IMG/VR virus record: IMGVR_UViG_3300036958_000333
Coordinates: 208,849-272,848 of that record
Direction: 5' to 3' (one strand)
DNA from: a virus
Taxonomy: Duplodnaviria > Caudoviricetes
DNA length: 64,000 nucleotides
Below, one piece after another: positions 30,901 through 41,329 of this stretch; the stretch's first letter is position 1, and every line of letters starts with the position of its first letter. Below the pieces are notes generated by a model that saw only the letters and a program-made list of their open reading frames with translations, was not told the origin of the DNA and did not search any database. The translations under genes and the position numbers were made by a program.

Positions 30901-31081
30901 TTGGATGATTTAATGATAAAATAAAATCATAATTGTTATTTAAAATATCATCTGTGTTTCTTGTAATAATATCAACATTATGTCCTAATGTATTAAATTC
31001 ATTCTTTAATTGTAAACATATTTGATCTTCTCCTCCTATAGAAAAATCAGATAAAGGAAATGATATTATTAAAATATTCAT
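27908..31081 (-). CDS. multidomain glycosyltransferase: CgeB-like GT-B + degenerate GT-A + CgeB-like GT-B
   Basis: duplicated GGE, D..Y.G.Y..YK, F.IYG..W, N.R....GFVITD and GG.DL..K...YL motifs; middle ISFVII..L..CL.SI GT2-like start. Confidence 0.8.
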   Translation of the reverse strand: MNILIISFPLSDFSIGGEDQICLQLKNEFNTLGHNVDIITRNTDDILNNNYDFILSLNHPINISNKKQSIWATWLFNENLGKDINSIISNKYDIYFSSSLLLHKQLIKDNIISEYLQFPGFPYYERLNDIIHPSKKEIDIIYLGNYNPEYKTQEKIDNFLIPCMSYNFKIYGGRKWLFDEQKKLFEKGIFDSKYFSKLYEYYYSGILDKSYCYNISDLAKIFINFNSPDQLNLGFINNRVFDLVKNGCFVITDNSDEQKELFKDCIEYSDGGNDLSEKLKFYLSNLDLIYEKQLYSLEYMKDYYKKNSFSSVCSFILNKVLKYKNKILEIRNKKLISFVIIINDINILDYCLKSIKDNKYNGIIKYYVYCLKNNRIHVLKTFEKNNIKINKINIVNDIYNISLKSSYFDNDNIIVSLYSNIIVSNDFIEKTFDYFNNNERLNICHYALIDNQNNNKVYGICDNEFIKYFNLKNYSRVPFCFYSIRNNFKEDIDLEWNNLILNNNKYRTNPNITNTIIFERKEERDKFIKSFPNNYIDIEKNEQDDILKEKKENIIKNNVFDLNIKNNQIRFSVFCEKFKPKSVFNYTNLQIIDFNEKQDIEKIIRKLESNYTIINPIDVNSFDRLCYILLSHRNYDIILFGEMIIIQTKLLYFIKPSFNINDLRDNILESNYSKIYINPITYDIDILKKDDKFNLKDKNGLKVAVLSMCGVSSYEDKYGIGGEHQVVHWLKNSFESRSDVYMCQMFDTYNYDLMNPDEYDIIFSNSCWRGVEHFRKRKDNLTIFWHFNMDSCRSTMETVEFLKYDQVWTNSLYGYEWLKEKNIPCKFKHLNASSQYHYPYQYNSSLYHCDVAYIGGYQVQYKGVDMINQFIKPCVGKDFGFTIYGNRLWKSEIQKKALITDTYFKQEYYDESYDPHYYGILPMQDFNICCKNTKIMVNFNADEQRDGVKVNLKNGTFGVNCLNDRPIWILACNGFVITDDFIATRTFFESDGKENCPVVFSTGGDDLIDKIRYYLDHEDERLEIANKGHDFIKKHKLYTDDTADMVVEEYYRIKNGL

Positions 31082-31169
31082 AATATATATATAAGATAAT
31101 ATTTTATTAAAAAAAACATATAAATATTAATAAATATATTTAAATATTTTTATTTTAAAAGGAAAAAAA

Positions 31170-31385
31170 ATGAGTATTAAATTTAGAGAATTTTTAGATA
31201 ATACAAAAACAATAGAAGATAATTTTGATAAAAGTAAAATAGCAAATAGAATAATAAATTCTATTAAATCAAGATTGTTTTCACTATCAATAAATGACTT
31301 AGAACATATAGAAAACACTGTAAATTCTTCTTTACAAAATAGAAGAATTAATATAGCAAAAATGTCAAAATTTAATCGTTATTAA
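31170..31385 (+). CDS. small hypothetical protein with capsid-targeting-like N-terminus
   Basis: MSIKFREFLD; AAGGA Shine-Dalgarno. Confidence 0.6.
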   Translation: MSIKFREFLDNTKTIEDNFDKSKIANRIINSIKSRLFSLSINDLEHIENTVNSSLQNRRINIAKMSKFNRY

Positions 31386-33285
31386 ATCCGTATATTGGAA
31401 TAAAATAACCTGATTTGTTATTTATTTTAATCTTAAAATATCCTACTAAATCTATATCATCAGAATGTATTTGATTAATAATACTATTTGTAGTATCATT
31501 TCCTTCTGTTCCGTCTATTCTAATTATCGGACTACCTGAATTTGTTTGGTTTAAATAAAGTACCTCGACTTGTTCGTTATTATTAGAATATATTTGTAAT
31601 TTTCCTTTATTACTAAATTCAGATCTACTTATAGAATCATTAGTTCCAAAAGCAAACCTATCTATATTAGAATCAAATTTTATAACATTAAAATTTTCAA
31701 ATATATTGTTTTCGCGAACATTTATTTTCATTGACGACCCTTCTGTTTCATCCCAAAAACATTCTAAACTAAACAAAGAATATACACTATAATCATTTGA
31801 TATAACAGAAAACCATTCTGTTTTTACTCCTGTCGAATTTATATTATAAAATCTTGTAATAAAATAATCAGAATCCGATTTACCAAAAATATCAAAACAA
31901 TTAGATCCAACATTTTTCATGGTTATTTTAGGCGAAGAAATTAAACTAGAATTTAAATAAATAGTATTAAAATAAGCATCTGCACTAGCGTTAGATCCAA
32001 TTATTGTATTGTCTATTTCTACACCACCAATTCTAACATTATTCCAATCAATAGTTGAATTAACCAATAAATCTATTTCATTTGAATTTCCACAAATTAT
32101 ATCCATAGAACCATTAGAGCTTTTAAATTTTAGTTCTGTTGTTTGAGAAGATGGAGTTATAAATCCTGAAGTTCCAACAATTCTATTCCAAATATTTTGA
32201 TTATCTGATCCAAAAACATGATGCCTAGAAGATTCATAATTTTTCAACATATTATGATCTATAGAAGATATATCTAATATAAAATATAACGTATCTATTC
32301 CTATTTCTGTATCACTATATGGATTTGAATTTCTTATTCTAAAACTATTTTCCATTTTAAATATACCAGTAGAAGAACTTCCTATTAAAGGATAAAATCT
32401 AAGTGGTTTAGCAGCCTTATTTATCTTTAATATGGAATAATCAGAAGCAGATATAATATCTCCCCACCAATATCCATATTCTGACTTTTCACTTTCTTGA
32501 TTAAAATCAGGTCCAAAAAATAAAGGAATATCAAAGTCGCATATAACTTTATCATTCTTATCAGGCAATTCAGATATAGGAATATTTTTATTAAATCTAA
32601 ATTCTCCTATAGAATAAAAAAACTGATTAATAGAACTATCAGGAATTCTATGTGTATTTACATATACTCTTAATGATCCCATTTCATATTGACCATCATA
32701 TACTTTATATCTATATAAATCATCTGGGTCTGGACGATAAGCTTCAATATTATATTTACTTATATGATAATATTCTAAAGGAATATTAGTATCAAATTTT
32801 ACTTTTATTGGACCTTCAATATTATCTCCGGCCATTTGAGTAATATTTAAAGATCTTCCAGATATAAATTGTACTGGTTCTTTTAAAAAAGAATTATTTT
32901 TAATTTGTAATTTAAAACTTTTTTCATCTAAATTATTTAGAAAATGTCTTTCTGCCACGGTCATTTTTACATAAGTATCACTATCTTCGATAATATCAAT
33001 ACTAATAGATTCTGGTAAACATTGTTCTTTTAATAATGGAAATTTATCATCATTTAATTCAAATACAATATCTAAAAATTCTTTTGCTTGACTAGTTGTA
33101 CTATAAGTATCAGACAATTGTTTAGTAATAGAAAATATTTTTTCGCTTATTAGCGCATTATTTCTAAATAATATTGCATCAATTCCTTGTCTTACACTAT
33201 CTTGATTAATATTTGGAATAGATCTTAATAAAAATGGATTTTCTATAGTTCCATCAACTTTTGGTATTATATCTAATACACTCAC
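31372..33285 (-). CDS. virion tail/baseplate-associated structural protein
   Basis: beta-rich ORF of about 637 aa following the tail-collar-like gene; GTG start at 33285 behind AAGGAG. Confidence 0.6.
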   Translation of the reverse strand: MSVLDIIPKVDGTIENPFLLRSIPNINQDSVRQGIDAILFRNNALISEKIFSITKQLSDTYSTTSQAKEFLDIVFELNDDKFPLLKEQCLPESISIDIIEDSDTYVKMTVAERHFLNNLDEKSFKLQIKNNSFLKEPVQFISGRSLNITQMAGDNIEGPIKVKFDTNIPLEYYHISKYNIEAYRPDPDDLYRYKVYDGQYEMGSLRVYVNTHRIPDSSINQFFYSIGEFRFNKNIPISELPDKNDKVICDFDIPLFFGPDFNQESEKSEYGYWWGDIISASDYSILKINKAAKPLRFYPLIGSSSTGIFKMENSFRIRNSNPYSDTEIGIDTLYFILDISSIDHNMLKNYESSRHHVFGSDNQNIWNRIVGTSGFITPSSQTTELKFKSSNGSMDIICGNSNEIDLLVNSTIDWNNVRIGGVEIDNTIIGSNASADAYFNTIYLNSSLISSPKITMKNVGSNCFDIFGKSDSDYFITRFYNINSTGVKTEWFSVISNDYSVYSLFSLECFWDETEGSSMKINVRENNIFENFNVIKFDSNIDRFAFGTNDSISRSEFSNKGKLQIYSNNNEQVEVLYLNQTNSGSPIIRIDGTEGNDTTNSIINQIHSDDIDLVGYFKIKINNKSGYFIPIYGFNND

Positions 33286-33295
33286 TTTTATCTCC

Positions 33296-33763
33296 TTATG
33301 CAAAAACAATAGTCCAATTTAACGTAAATTTTAACTCGCTACTTTTTGTTAATCCAGAAAACGTTACCATTGAAAACAATTCTCCTTCTTCTGTTTTTAA
33401 TCCAGCTTCGTTAATTCTCATACTATTGCAATCAGTTGTGCTTATAACTCCGGTGCATTTAAATCTAGTTTTATATCCTATATTCCATTCTGGTGAAACT
33501 GGAACCTCCAATACAGAATTATATATATCTTCTCTATTTATATCTATTGTTTTAGGTATAGTTCCGTCTTCTCCTCCGGTTCCAAAAACCATTTTACTTA
33601 TATAAAAATTATATGAAGCAAATTGATTAGCCATTGCCATTGCTAAAATTTGTTTTCCTTTATTTACAACAGTATTAGATTTTGAAATATTGGCAATAAT
33701 ATTTCCTGTTATTATATCTTCTACTGTAAGATTTATAAATCCTTTTGGGAAAATTTCAGACAT
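33296..33763 (-). CDS. baseplate/tail-collar fibre-attachment protein
   Basis: NTVVNKG..IL, FGTGG, INEAGL..GELFS..TF motifs; AAGGAG Shine-Dalgarno. Confidence 0.75.
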   Translation of the reverse strand: MSEIFPKGFINLTVEDIITGNIIANISKSNTVVNKGKQILAMAMANQFASYNFYISKMVFGTGGEDGTIPKTIDINREDIYNSVLEVPVSPEWNIGYKTRFKCTGVISTTDCNSMRINEAGLKTEEGELFSMVTFSGLTKSSELKFTLNWTIVFA

Positions 33764-33778
33764 TATAATCTCCTTTTA

Positions 33779-36700
33779 TTATGAAGAAAGATTTATTTTT
33801 ACCTTTCCTCCAGTATATATATTTTCTACTTCTAAATTTATTGTTTCGTTTTGTTGTATTTTATCAACATTAATGGGTCCACGAAAATATCCACTAAGAT
33901 CACATACAACTTCTATAACATCTTCTGGATATACATCATGTCCGGTTATACCGTCGCCGAAATATATTTTTATTTCATGATCAGATATTCTTTTAACTAT
34001 ATATTCTTTAAGTCCAATATTTCCTGGAGACTCATCATATTTTGTCCATTTTTCTACTCTATGCCATTGTTTTCCATTAACGTAAACATTTATATCATTT
34101 CCTATAACTAAATAATTATAATATATATTTAAATATACCTGTTCTCCTTTTATTTTATTAACAACTTTATAATAATTATTATGTGTTGTGTTTACTGGAC
34201 CTATAATAAAGAAATTATTTAAATACTTTGTATCAGATTTCACCAAAATAGTATTTTTATCGTCTTCGGAATTTATTTTTATATCATATGTTCCTGGAAC
34301 TATTTCTAATATATTATTAACAGGAACTTTTAAATTAGATATATTTGGATCTATTGTAATATTAACAATATCTGATTTTGGAACATCTAAATTATAATCA
34401 TATATATTTCTTCTTATTATTCTATAATGAGAGTTTGGATCAGAAAAACTTCCAGTATATGATCCATCTTGCTGTAAATCGTCTGAAAATGTTATAATAG
34501 ATCCAGAAACGCTTTCTACTTGAGCCCAAGAATAATTAATTTCTTTTAAATCAATATCCAATTCATATCGTATAACTAAATCTTCTGCTTTTATATAATA
34601 ATTATCAAAATTTATTTCTGTATCCTCTAGGGTATACTCGCTCCCTCCGGTCGCAGTTCCTTCAAGAATATTTATTAATTCATTTGTATTTGGATATACA
34701 GAATTTTCTTTATATTCTGTTAATTTACACATTCTTATTTTCATCAACTGAGATGATATTACTTCTTCTATTGAAAGTTCATTTATTTTTATTTTATAAT
34801 AATTATCATCATATATTTCTGAAACGTTATAATATAAGTATTCGTCTCCAAATAATATTCCAATTAAAATATCATTTAATTTCTTTGTATCTGTTAAATT
34901 ATGATAAATTATATTATAAAAATTAAAACAATTATCTTTTGCATATATTATATCTGTTGACGATGTTATATAACCAAAATTACTAGATAAACATTTTTCA
35001 AATATTGAAAAATTATGAATTCCATCGGTTCCATTAGCATATCCGTTAAATTTTATTTTATTATTAACAACATTTATAATTTTATAATAATATCTGTCAT
35101 CTATACATGCATAAAAAGAATCTCTAATTATATTCCATTCAGATATAAAATCACTAATTCCATCAATTTCCACCTCTCCATATACGTCATCTCTCTTTAA
35201 ATATCCAGAAATAGAATCTAAAGATTCTATAATATTACCATCTTTATAAATAGAAAAAGAAATTTGTTTATCATAATCATAACCATATTCATAATTACCT
35301 AATACAATAATATTATTATTAATATATTCTATATTATATTCTCCAATTGTTGCTCCAGAATTTATATAAACAGTATAAATATGAGTATCATCTTTTATAT
35401 CAAAATTTACAATATCTCCATTTTCCAATAAATCTATGTTAGAATATATTATAAATTTTCCAGATTTAATTACAGAAACAGAAATATTTCCAGGCCAATT
35501 GGGAGATTCTGATACCGCTTGTGGAAATCTTCTAGTATAAATAGAATAAACCCAAGGACCTGTATGTGAGTATGGAGGATCTGGAAGATCATCTATTCCA
35601 TCATCTGTCCCGTCACATAATCTTATTTGATTTTTATATATTTTTGATATATTATAAGATTTTCCACCATGTTCTCCAGAATCTATAGGAGATTCAATTA
35701 CAACCCTCGATAAATTAACGTTTAATAAAACAGGTAAAAGAGACTCGACGTGTTCTTGTTTTGTTCCAATAGGAAAAGAGTTAAAAGAAACATTAATATC
35801 ATATAAACATACATTTTCCTTTAAATCTTCTAGTTTTGTTTCAAATACAGCATCTGCAAAAAAATAACTCTCTGATTTTTTTCTTTTTTGAAACTCATTT
35901 ATTTCTTGATCAATAGGATAATATCCTATAGTAGTTACATCTTGATATTGATTAATTATATTTAAACTAATATTAGAATCTATCCTTACAGTATCTAATA
36001 TTTGACTAGAATAAGATATATTCTTAACATTAGAATGAAATGGTTTAAATTCTTTAATTAAATCATTTATTTCTTTTGTCATTTTATCAGAAAAATTTTG
36101 AACATTTAAAGAAATAGAAAAATATGAACTCCAACAACATTTACATTTATCCTTAAATGTTTCGTCAATATCGCATGGATTATAAGATGGCCTAATTGAT
36201 CCATCATATTCTTCCATATTATAGACATTTTCAGACCAAGGAAATTTTGTTCTAATATATCCATAAATTAATGGTTCATGAAGCGCATTTCTTTTTGAAC
36301 ATACGTCGCAAATATTATATTCATCCAAACATATTAAATTTTCAACCATTTCATTTTGCGAAACATAACACGTAGAATCTGGAAGAAGTCTTGTGTTATA
36401 ATTAACATATGGAATTAATTTATTATCATAATAACTTTTATCAATAGGTTCTCTATTATCTAATAATGGAAGAGATATTATAAAATCATCTTTACTTATA
36501 CTGTAATTATCAAAATTTATTAAATAATCAGAACTAGAAGAATTCATTTCATATGGATATTTATTATATTGATATCTAAACTTCAATATATCATTTTCTT
36601 TTGGAGTAAATTCCTTTAATTTTCCAGATATCTTATCTTTTCCTATTATTTTACCATCTTTATTTTTAGTTGAATTGACAGTATTTACTTCTTTTCTTAT

Positions 36701-38809
36701 TATACCTTTTAAATTAGAATAATTTAAATAATTAGTTCCATTTAACATTATATTAAATTCTATATTTTCGACAATAAGAGATTTATTAATAAATAAATTT
36801 TCTGATTCTCCATAATATTTAATTCTAAATTTAATTAATCTATATTCATCTGGATCCGTATGATCTTCATATTCAATAGATTCTGCTTCATATAAACCAT
36901 TTATAACATTTCCAAAAATTATATGAATTTGATATAAAGATATTTCATTATAAAAATCATCTTCAATGTTATCAAATATTCCGGTTTTATCTTTATATTC
37001 TATATAATATTCTTGAGATTCTGTATAAAAATTCCATCCTATTTGAGGTTTATATATTTCTGTCTTTGTTTCTTTTAATGATGAATCTAAATAAACCAAA
37101 TCAAATAAATCATAGATTAAATGATTTTTATCATCATATATTGGAAATAAATCAAACCATTTTTCTTTTTCAACAGAATAATATTCAATTTTATATCTAG
37201 AATAATTTAAATTATTTATTCCAATAATATCTTCATAATCTTGTCCAAAAATATCATATCCATCTTGAGTATATTGAATTAATGGAGAATATGTAGTATT
37301 ATGATATTCTACAGTATTAGGTTTATTTTTTAAAAAAAAGTAATCTGTCCATAAATAATCAGAATATACTTGCCAATAAAATATTATACTTGTTGTCTCT
37401 ACTCCTATCAATTGTAATGCTCTTATTAGACCTCGAGCCGTTCCTTTTTGTTTTAAAACTTTTGGTAAATTAACTAATTGTCTTCTCCAAACACTTGCTC
37501 CATTTCCCTTTAGTCTATATGAAAATAAATTAGATAGATAAGGAAGAGTTTTTAAATGGCATCTACTTGGATCTAATAATTGAGGAAATTGATCTGCTTT
37601 TTCTTGAACATCATATATGCTTTCTCCAAATGCTCTCAAAGTTTGATTTAAAACATCGTTTGCTTGATAATCTATGTAAAAAAATGGCAAATGCTTTTCT
37701 AATATTTGATAATAATTTTCTCTTGTAAATTTTCTAGAAAATACTTCTGGTATTTCAAAATCTTCATATATTAAATATGTATTTTGAAATATTTCATAAA
37801 TATCTGATCCTTGTCTTAAATAATACCAATATGCTATATAACTACCGCTTCCTGTATTAAAATTATCTTCTATAAACCAATCCAAATAATATCTATATAT
37901 TATATTATTTTCTTCAGTAGTATAAGTTTCAAAAGAAATAGGAGAACTATAAAATGACTTTATATAACCATTTTTTTGATCAGAATGACTACCTATAGTT
38001 ATTTCATTTAAATTTTTATCCAGTATTTTCCAATAAAAAATATCTGAAAAATTATAATTTGAATTATTAAAACCTACTATAAAAAATGAATTATAAACAT
38101 TTAAATTGTTAGACTTATATAAATTTAAACATGGATATGAATCAAAATTTACATTATCTGTAGATATTTGTAAAGTACAAGAAGATAAATTTGGTATTGT
38201 TGAAAAATCACAACCTGATTCAAAACATTCAAAATAATATAAGTCTTTTTTCCATAACGGAGAAAAATAATTTAAATTTTCATCAAAACTTATTGTAGCT
38301 TCTTTATCTATAAAATCTACTGATATATTATTATAATCATAGTCAACTATAACAAATTCTATTATTCCATCTGGAATTTCAGAAAAAACTCCAGATATTA
38401 TTAATACATTACTCTGTGGTTGATAATCATTATCATATGATAATGTTGGAATGTCTATTATTTTATAAAAACCAGAAATTGTATTTGGAGAAGAAATTTT
38501 AACATAATAATTTCCATTCAATAAATTAATTAAATTTTTTTGATTATTTTCAGATAAGGAAAAGAAATTTAAAAAATTTATATCTAAACTTGATTTAAGA
38601 TATACATTTCTACTTCCATAAAAAGATCTTATTTGTATATTTTCTTTATAAGGTTCTATATGGCTATTATCTAATTTTTCTATACATACCTTTTTTATCT
38701 CTTCAAGATGTATTTTTTGACCATTAGAATCATAAAGATCATTAATTGTTAAATATAATCTTGCTGTTTCTCCAACATGCAAATCGTTATATGAAGTTTT
38801 TATAATCAC
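33779..38809 (-). CDS. baseplate wedge protein (T4 gp7/P2 gpI-like), enlarged
   Basis: LDP.RC....LPYL, WRRQL..K.KGT..GL, KPFHS; 1676 aa; follows the gp6-like gene. Confidence 0.75.
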   Translation of the reverse strand: MIIKTSYNDLHVGETARLYLTINDLYDSNGQKIHLEEIKKVCIEKLDNSHIEPYKENIQIRSFYGSRNVYLKSSLDINFLNFFSLSENNQKNLINLLNGNYYVKISSPNTISGFYKIIDIPTLSYDNDYQPQSNVLIISGVFSEIPDGIIEFVIVDYDYNNISVDFIDKEATISFDENLNYFSPLWKKDLYYFECFESGCDFSTIPNLSSCTLQISTDNVNFDSYPCLNLYKSNNLNVYNSFFIVGFNNSNYNFSDIFYWKILDKNLNEITIGSHSDQKNGYIKSFYSSPISFETYTTEENNIIYRYYLDWFIEDNFNTGSGSYIAYWYYLRQGSDIYEIFQNTYLIYEDFEIPEVFSRKFTRENYYQILEKHLPFFYIDYQANDVLNQTLRAFGESIYDVQEKADQFPQLLDPSRCHLKTLPYLSNLFSYRLKGNGASVWRRQLVNLPKVLKQKGTARGLIRALQLIGVETTSIIFYWQVYSDYLWTDYFFLKNKPNTVEYHNTTYSPLIQYTQDGYDIFGQDYEDIIGINNLNYSRYKIEYYSVEKEKWFDLFPIYDDKNHLIYDLFDLVYLDSSLKETKTEIYKPQIGWNFYTESQEYYIEYKDKTGIFDNIEDDFYNEISLYQIHIIFGNVINGLYEAESIEYEDHTDPDEYRLIKFRIKYYGESENLFINKSLIVENIEFNIMLNGTNYLNYSNLKGIIRKEVNTVNSTKNKDGKIIGKDKISGKLKEFTPKENDILKFRYQYNKYPYEMNSSSSDYLINFDNYSISKDDFIISLPLLDNREPIDKSYYDNKLIPYVNYNTRLLPDSTCYVSQNEMVENLICLDEYNICDVCSKRNALHEPLIYGYIRTKFPWSENVYNMEEYDGSIRPSYNPCDIDETFKDKCKCCWSSYFSISLNVQNFSDKMTKEINDLIKEFKPFHSNVKNISYSSQILDTVRIDSNISLNIINQYQDVTTIGYYPIDQEINEFQKRKKSESYFFADAVFETKLEDLKENVCLYDINVSFNSFPIGTKQEHVESLLPVLLNVNLSRVVIESPIDSGEHGGKSYNISKIYKNQIRLCDGTDDGIDDLPDPPYSHTGPWVYSIYTRRFPQAVSESPNWPGNISVSVIKSGKFIIYSNIDLLENGDIVNFDIKDDTHIYTVYINSGATIGEYNIEYINNNIIVLGNYEYGYDYDKQISFSIYKDGNIIESLDSISGYLKRDDVYGEVEIDGISDFISEWNIIRDSFYACIDDRYYYKIINVVNNKIKFNGYANGTDGIHNFSIFEKCLSSNFGYITSSTDIIYAKDNCFNFYNIIYHNLTDTKKLNDILIGILFGDEYLYYNVSEIYDDNYYKIKINELSIEEVISSQLMKIRMCKLTEYKENSVYPNTNELINILEGTATGGSEYTLEDTEINFDNYYIKAEDLVIRYELDIDLKEINYSWAQVESVSGSIITFSDDLQQDGSYTGSFSDPNSHYRIIRRNIYDYNLDVPKSDIVNITIDPNISNLKVPVNNILEIVPGTYDIKINSEDDKNTILVKSDTKYLNNFFIIGPVNTTHNNYYKVVNKIKGEQVYLNIYYNYLVIGNDINVYVNGKQWHRVEKWTKYDESPGNIGLKEYIVKRISDHEIKIYFGDGITGHDVYPEDVIEVVCDLSGYFRGPINVDKIQQNETINLEVENIYTGGKVKINLSS

Positions 38810-38811
38810 TA

Positions 38812-40395
38812 TTAACTCACCATATTTATAGATATGTTAATATTACCTGGTCTTATAATTTTCCAGAAATCAACTAATAAATTATCAGTACTAGAAATTA
38901 AATTTTGACTATTTGCTACAAACTCTACGTCTACTGATGTTATATTTGGTATTGAGTTTAAATATTGTACTAAATCATACTTTTTTAACGGCTGTCCTAT
39001 TCTCCATCTATTTAAATCAAAAAAATCATTAATTATTTCTACTATTTTGTCATTTATGTCTTTTTTAAATTCAAAATAAAACTTATTAACTTCTACATTT
39101 ATGTTAATATTTTGAAATACTTGTCCTGCATCTTTAATACAAACATAATCGGTTAACATTTTTATAGAATTAATATAATTTAATAACTCCCTTTTTAATA
39201 CGGAGTTTGCAGTAACCAAAGTTTTTTCTGTTTCTTGTTGTAAAACATAAATATCTACTATGTTTCCAGAACACCCGCTATTTCTTAAAACAGCTATTGC
39301 TTTTCCTATTCTGCCATGATATATAGTAGAAAATTTTTCAGACAAAAAAGAATAATCTTCACCACTAACACATCTATTTTGAGCTTTATTCCATAAAGGC
39401 AATTTTGATTTTATCTCATTTATTGATTCAGCATTTTCTCCACCTTCTCCTCTTGTATAATTAGTAATAACAACAGGAACAGAACCTGGAACTAAATTAC
39501 TTGTAATATTTATAATTTGATTAATATATCCAGCAGATATGTTTCCTCTACTTCCACCACCATATCTAAAATTAATAGTAATTTTAGATCCAGCAGGAGG
39601 TATTTTTCCTTTTACATCATCAGCAAATAATATTAAAGCTCTATATTTTTCATCTCTTTCTATTACATAATATGGACCATTATCATTTTCATTAAAAAAA
39701 TCAACATTAATCCATTTTTGATTATTAACATATACTTCTATAGATCCATCTAATATATTTTCAACTGAAACAAAATAACTCTGATTTCTTGATCCATTAG
39801 ATGTAAAATTAACAACTGAAGAAGTTCCTTCTAATGCTACTATAGACATATTATTTACTGAACCAGCTGGAATATAAATATCTTGATTTAATATCGGATT
39901 CCATTCTTCATCTGCAGGATATAATTCAAAATTTAATGCTCTTCCATCTCTAGAGGAAGCTGATATAAAATGTCCTCTTGTTATTTTTATATCAAAAGTA
40001 TAAGGATTAGGAATAGATGCAGATATTTTGGCAATTGACGCTCTTGGTGGTCTAACTGGATATCCTACTAGCTTTGCTAATCTATGAGCGTTTTTTAATC
40101 GAGAAACTGTATCTACAAACATTTCATTTGCATATAAATCCAACTTAAATGAAATCAAATCTGCCATATATGCCCATAACTCTACAAGCATTATTCCTAA
40201 ATCCGATTCTACAAAATCATTAAAATCATCTGGAAAATATTTTTTAATATACTCTATAGTTCTTTTTTTAATTGAATAAAAATCAAAAGCAGTATAAGAT
40301 ATATTTTTTAAATCTGGAATTCCAGTAATTTCTCCTATATCAAAAGGTTTTGGGTTTTTGAATGGATTATCTGGTCTATTTTCAATATTTGTCAT
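38812..40395 (-). CDS. baseplate wedge protein (T4 gp6/baseplate J-like)
   Basis: DFVESDLG.MLVEL.AY, GGENAES, AQNRCVS.EDY motifs. Confidence 0.9.
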   Translation of the reverse strand: MTNIENRPDNPFKNPKPFDIGEITGIPDLKNISYTAFDFYSIKKRTIEYIKKYFPDDFNDFVESDLGIMLVELWAYMADLISFKLDLYANEMFVDTVSRLKNAHRLAKLVGYPVRPPRASIAKISASIPNPYTFDIKITRGHFISASSRDGRALNFELYPADEEWNPILNQDIYIPAGSVNNMSIVALEGTSSVVNFTSNGSRNQSYFVSVENILDGSIEVYVNNQKWINVDFFNENDNGPYYVIERDEKYRALILFADDVKGKIPPAGSKITINFRYGGGSRGNISAGYINQIINITSNLVPGSVPVVITNYTRGEGGENAESINEIKSKLPLWNKAQNRCVSGEDYSFLSEKFSTIYHGRIGKAIAVLRNSGCSGNIVDIYVLQQETEKTLVTANSVLKRELLNYINSIKMLTDYVCIKDAGQVFQNININVEVNKFYFEFKKDINDKIVEIINDFFDLNRWRIGQPLKKYDLVQYLNSIPNITSVDVEFVANSQNLISSTDNLLVDFWKIIRPGNINISINMVS

Positions 40396-40406
40396 AATTA
40401 AATCCT

Positions 40407-40919
40407 TTAAGATTTATTTAATTTAAAAACTAAACTTTCTATTCCGTCTAAATTGTTTTTCAAAGCATAATCTATTCTTATTATAATAGAATTTAAATCA
40501 ATATTATCTGAATTATTTGAAATATGATTTAATAAATTTTTATCTGATTCCCCATATCTTACATCTATTCTTTTAACAACTATTCTAGGTTCCCATCTTC
40601 TTATTGCTTCTGATATTATTGAATTAGCTTGTTCTAATGTAATAGGATCAACAGCTTCAAATATTAACTTTCTTAAACCAGTTCCATAACTTGGCATCAT
40701 TAATCTTTCACCTGGTTCAGTGAGTATTAATTGAATCAAATCTGCTTTAATAACTTCATGATTAATAGCTCGAAAGAAAAAACCTCTAGGATCATTTCTA
40801 TTTAGTGGAAAAGGAAATCCTTTAATAGAATAATTTTGAGATTTTATATATTCTTCTCTACTTTGTTCATAATTATAAAAACTATCATATTTTCTTTTAT
40901 TTTGTTCGTTATCAGACAT
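40407..40919 (-). CDS. baseplate wedge/sheath initiator (T4 gp25-like)
   Basis: LILTEPGERLMMPSYG, AI.RWEPRI motifs. Confidence 0.9.
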   Translation of the reverse strand: MSDNEQNKRKYDSFYNYEQSREEYIKSQNYSIKGFPFPLNRNDPRGFFFRAINHEVIKADLIQLILTEPGERLMMPSYGTGLRKLIFEAVDPITLEQANSIISEAIRRWEPRIVVKRIDVRYGESDKNLLNHISNNSDNIDLNSIIIRIDYALKNNLDGIESLVFKLNKS

Positions 40920-40920
40920 A

Positions 40921-41310
40921 TTAATCCTTTTTATAATTATTCATCATACTATCTATGTGAAAATCAGATAATTTTTTCACAGATAAATCATCTACTGTAT
41001 CTGGACATATCCTAATATTTACAGGAATTATAATTCCTGTAAAAATTTCTTTAGAAAAATAATCTAATTCATCTGATTTTAACCACATTCTCATATATAA
41101 TTTTTCAATATTTTTATCCCAATATAAATAACCATATGTTATTACATCTTCGTTTTTATTAAAATATTTATGAACAGAAAAACAATATTTATCTAATTTA
41201 TACAATTCATTTTCAGAATATGTAACACCTTCAATATTTATTGAACAAGGATAAAAAATTATTTCAAATTCTATAAATACTTTCACATAACAATATAGAA
41301 AAGTTATCAC
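40921..41310 (-). CDS. hypothetical protein
   Basis: 129-aa ORF with GTG start filling the gap between neighbours. Confidence 0.5.
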   Translation of the reverse strand: MITFLYCYVKVFIEFEIIFYPCSINIEGVTYSENELYKLDKYCFSVHKYFNKNEDVITYGYLYWDKNIEKLYMRMWLKSDELDYFSKEIFTGIIIPVNIRICPDTVDDLSVKKLSDFHIDSMMNNYKKD

Positions 41311-41329
41311 AAAGATTTATTAAAACGAA

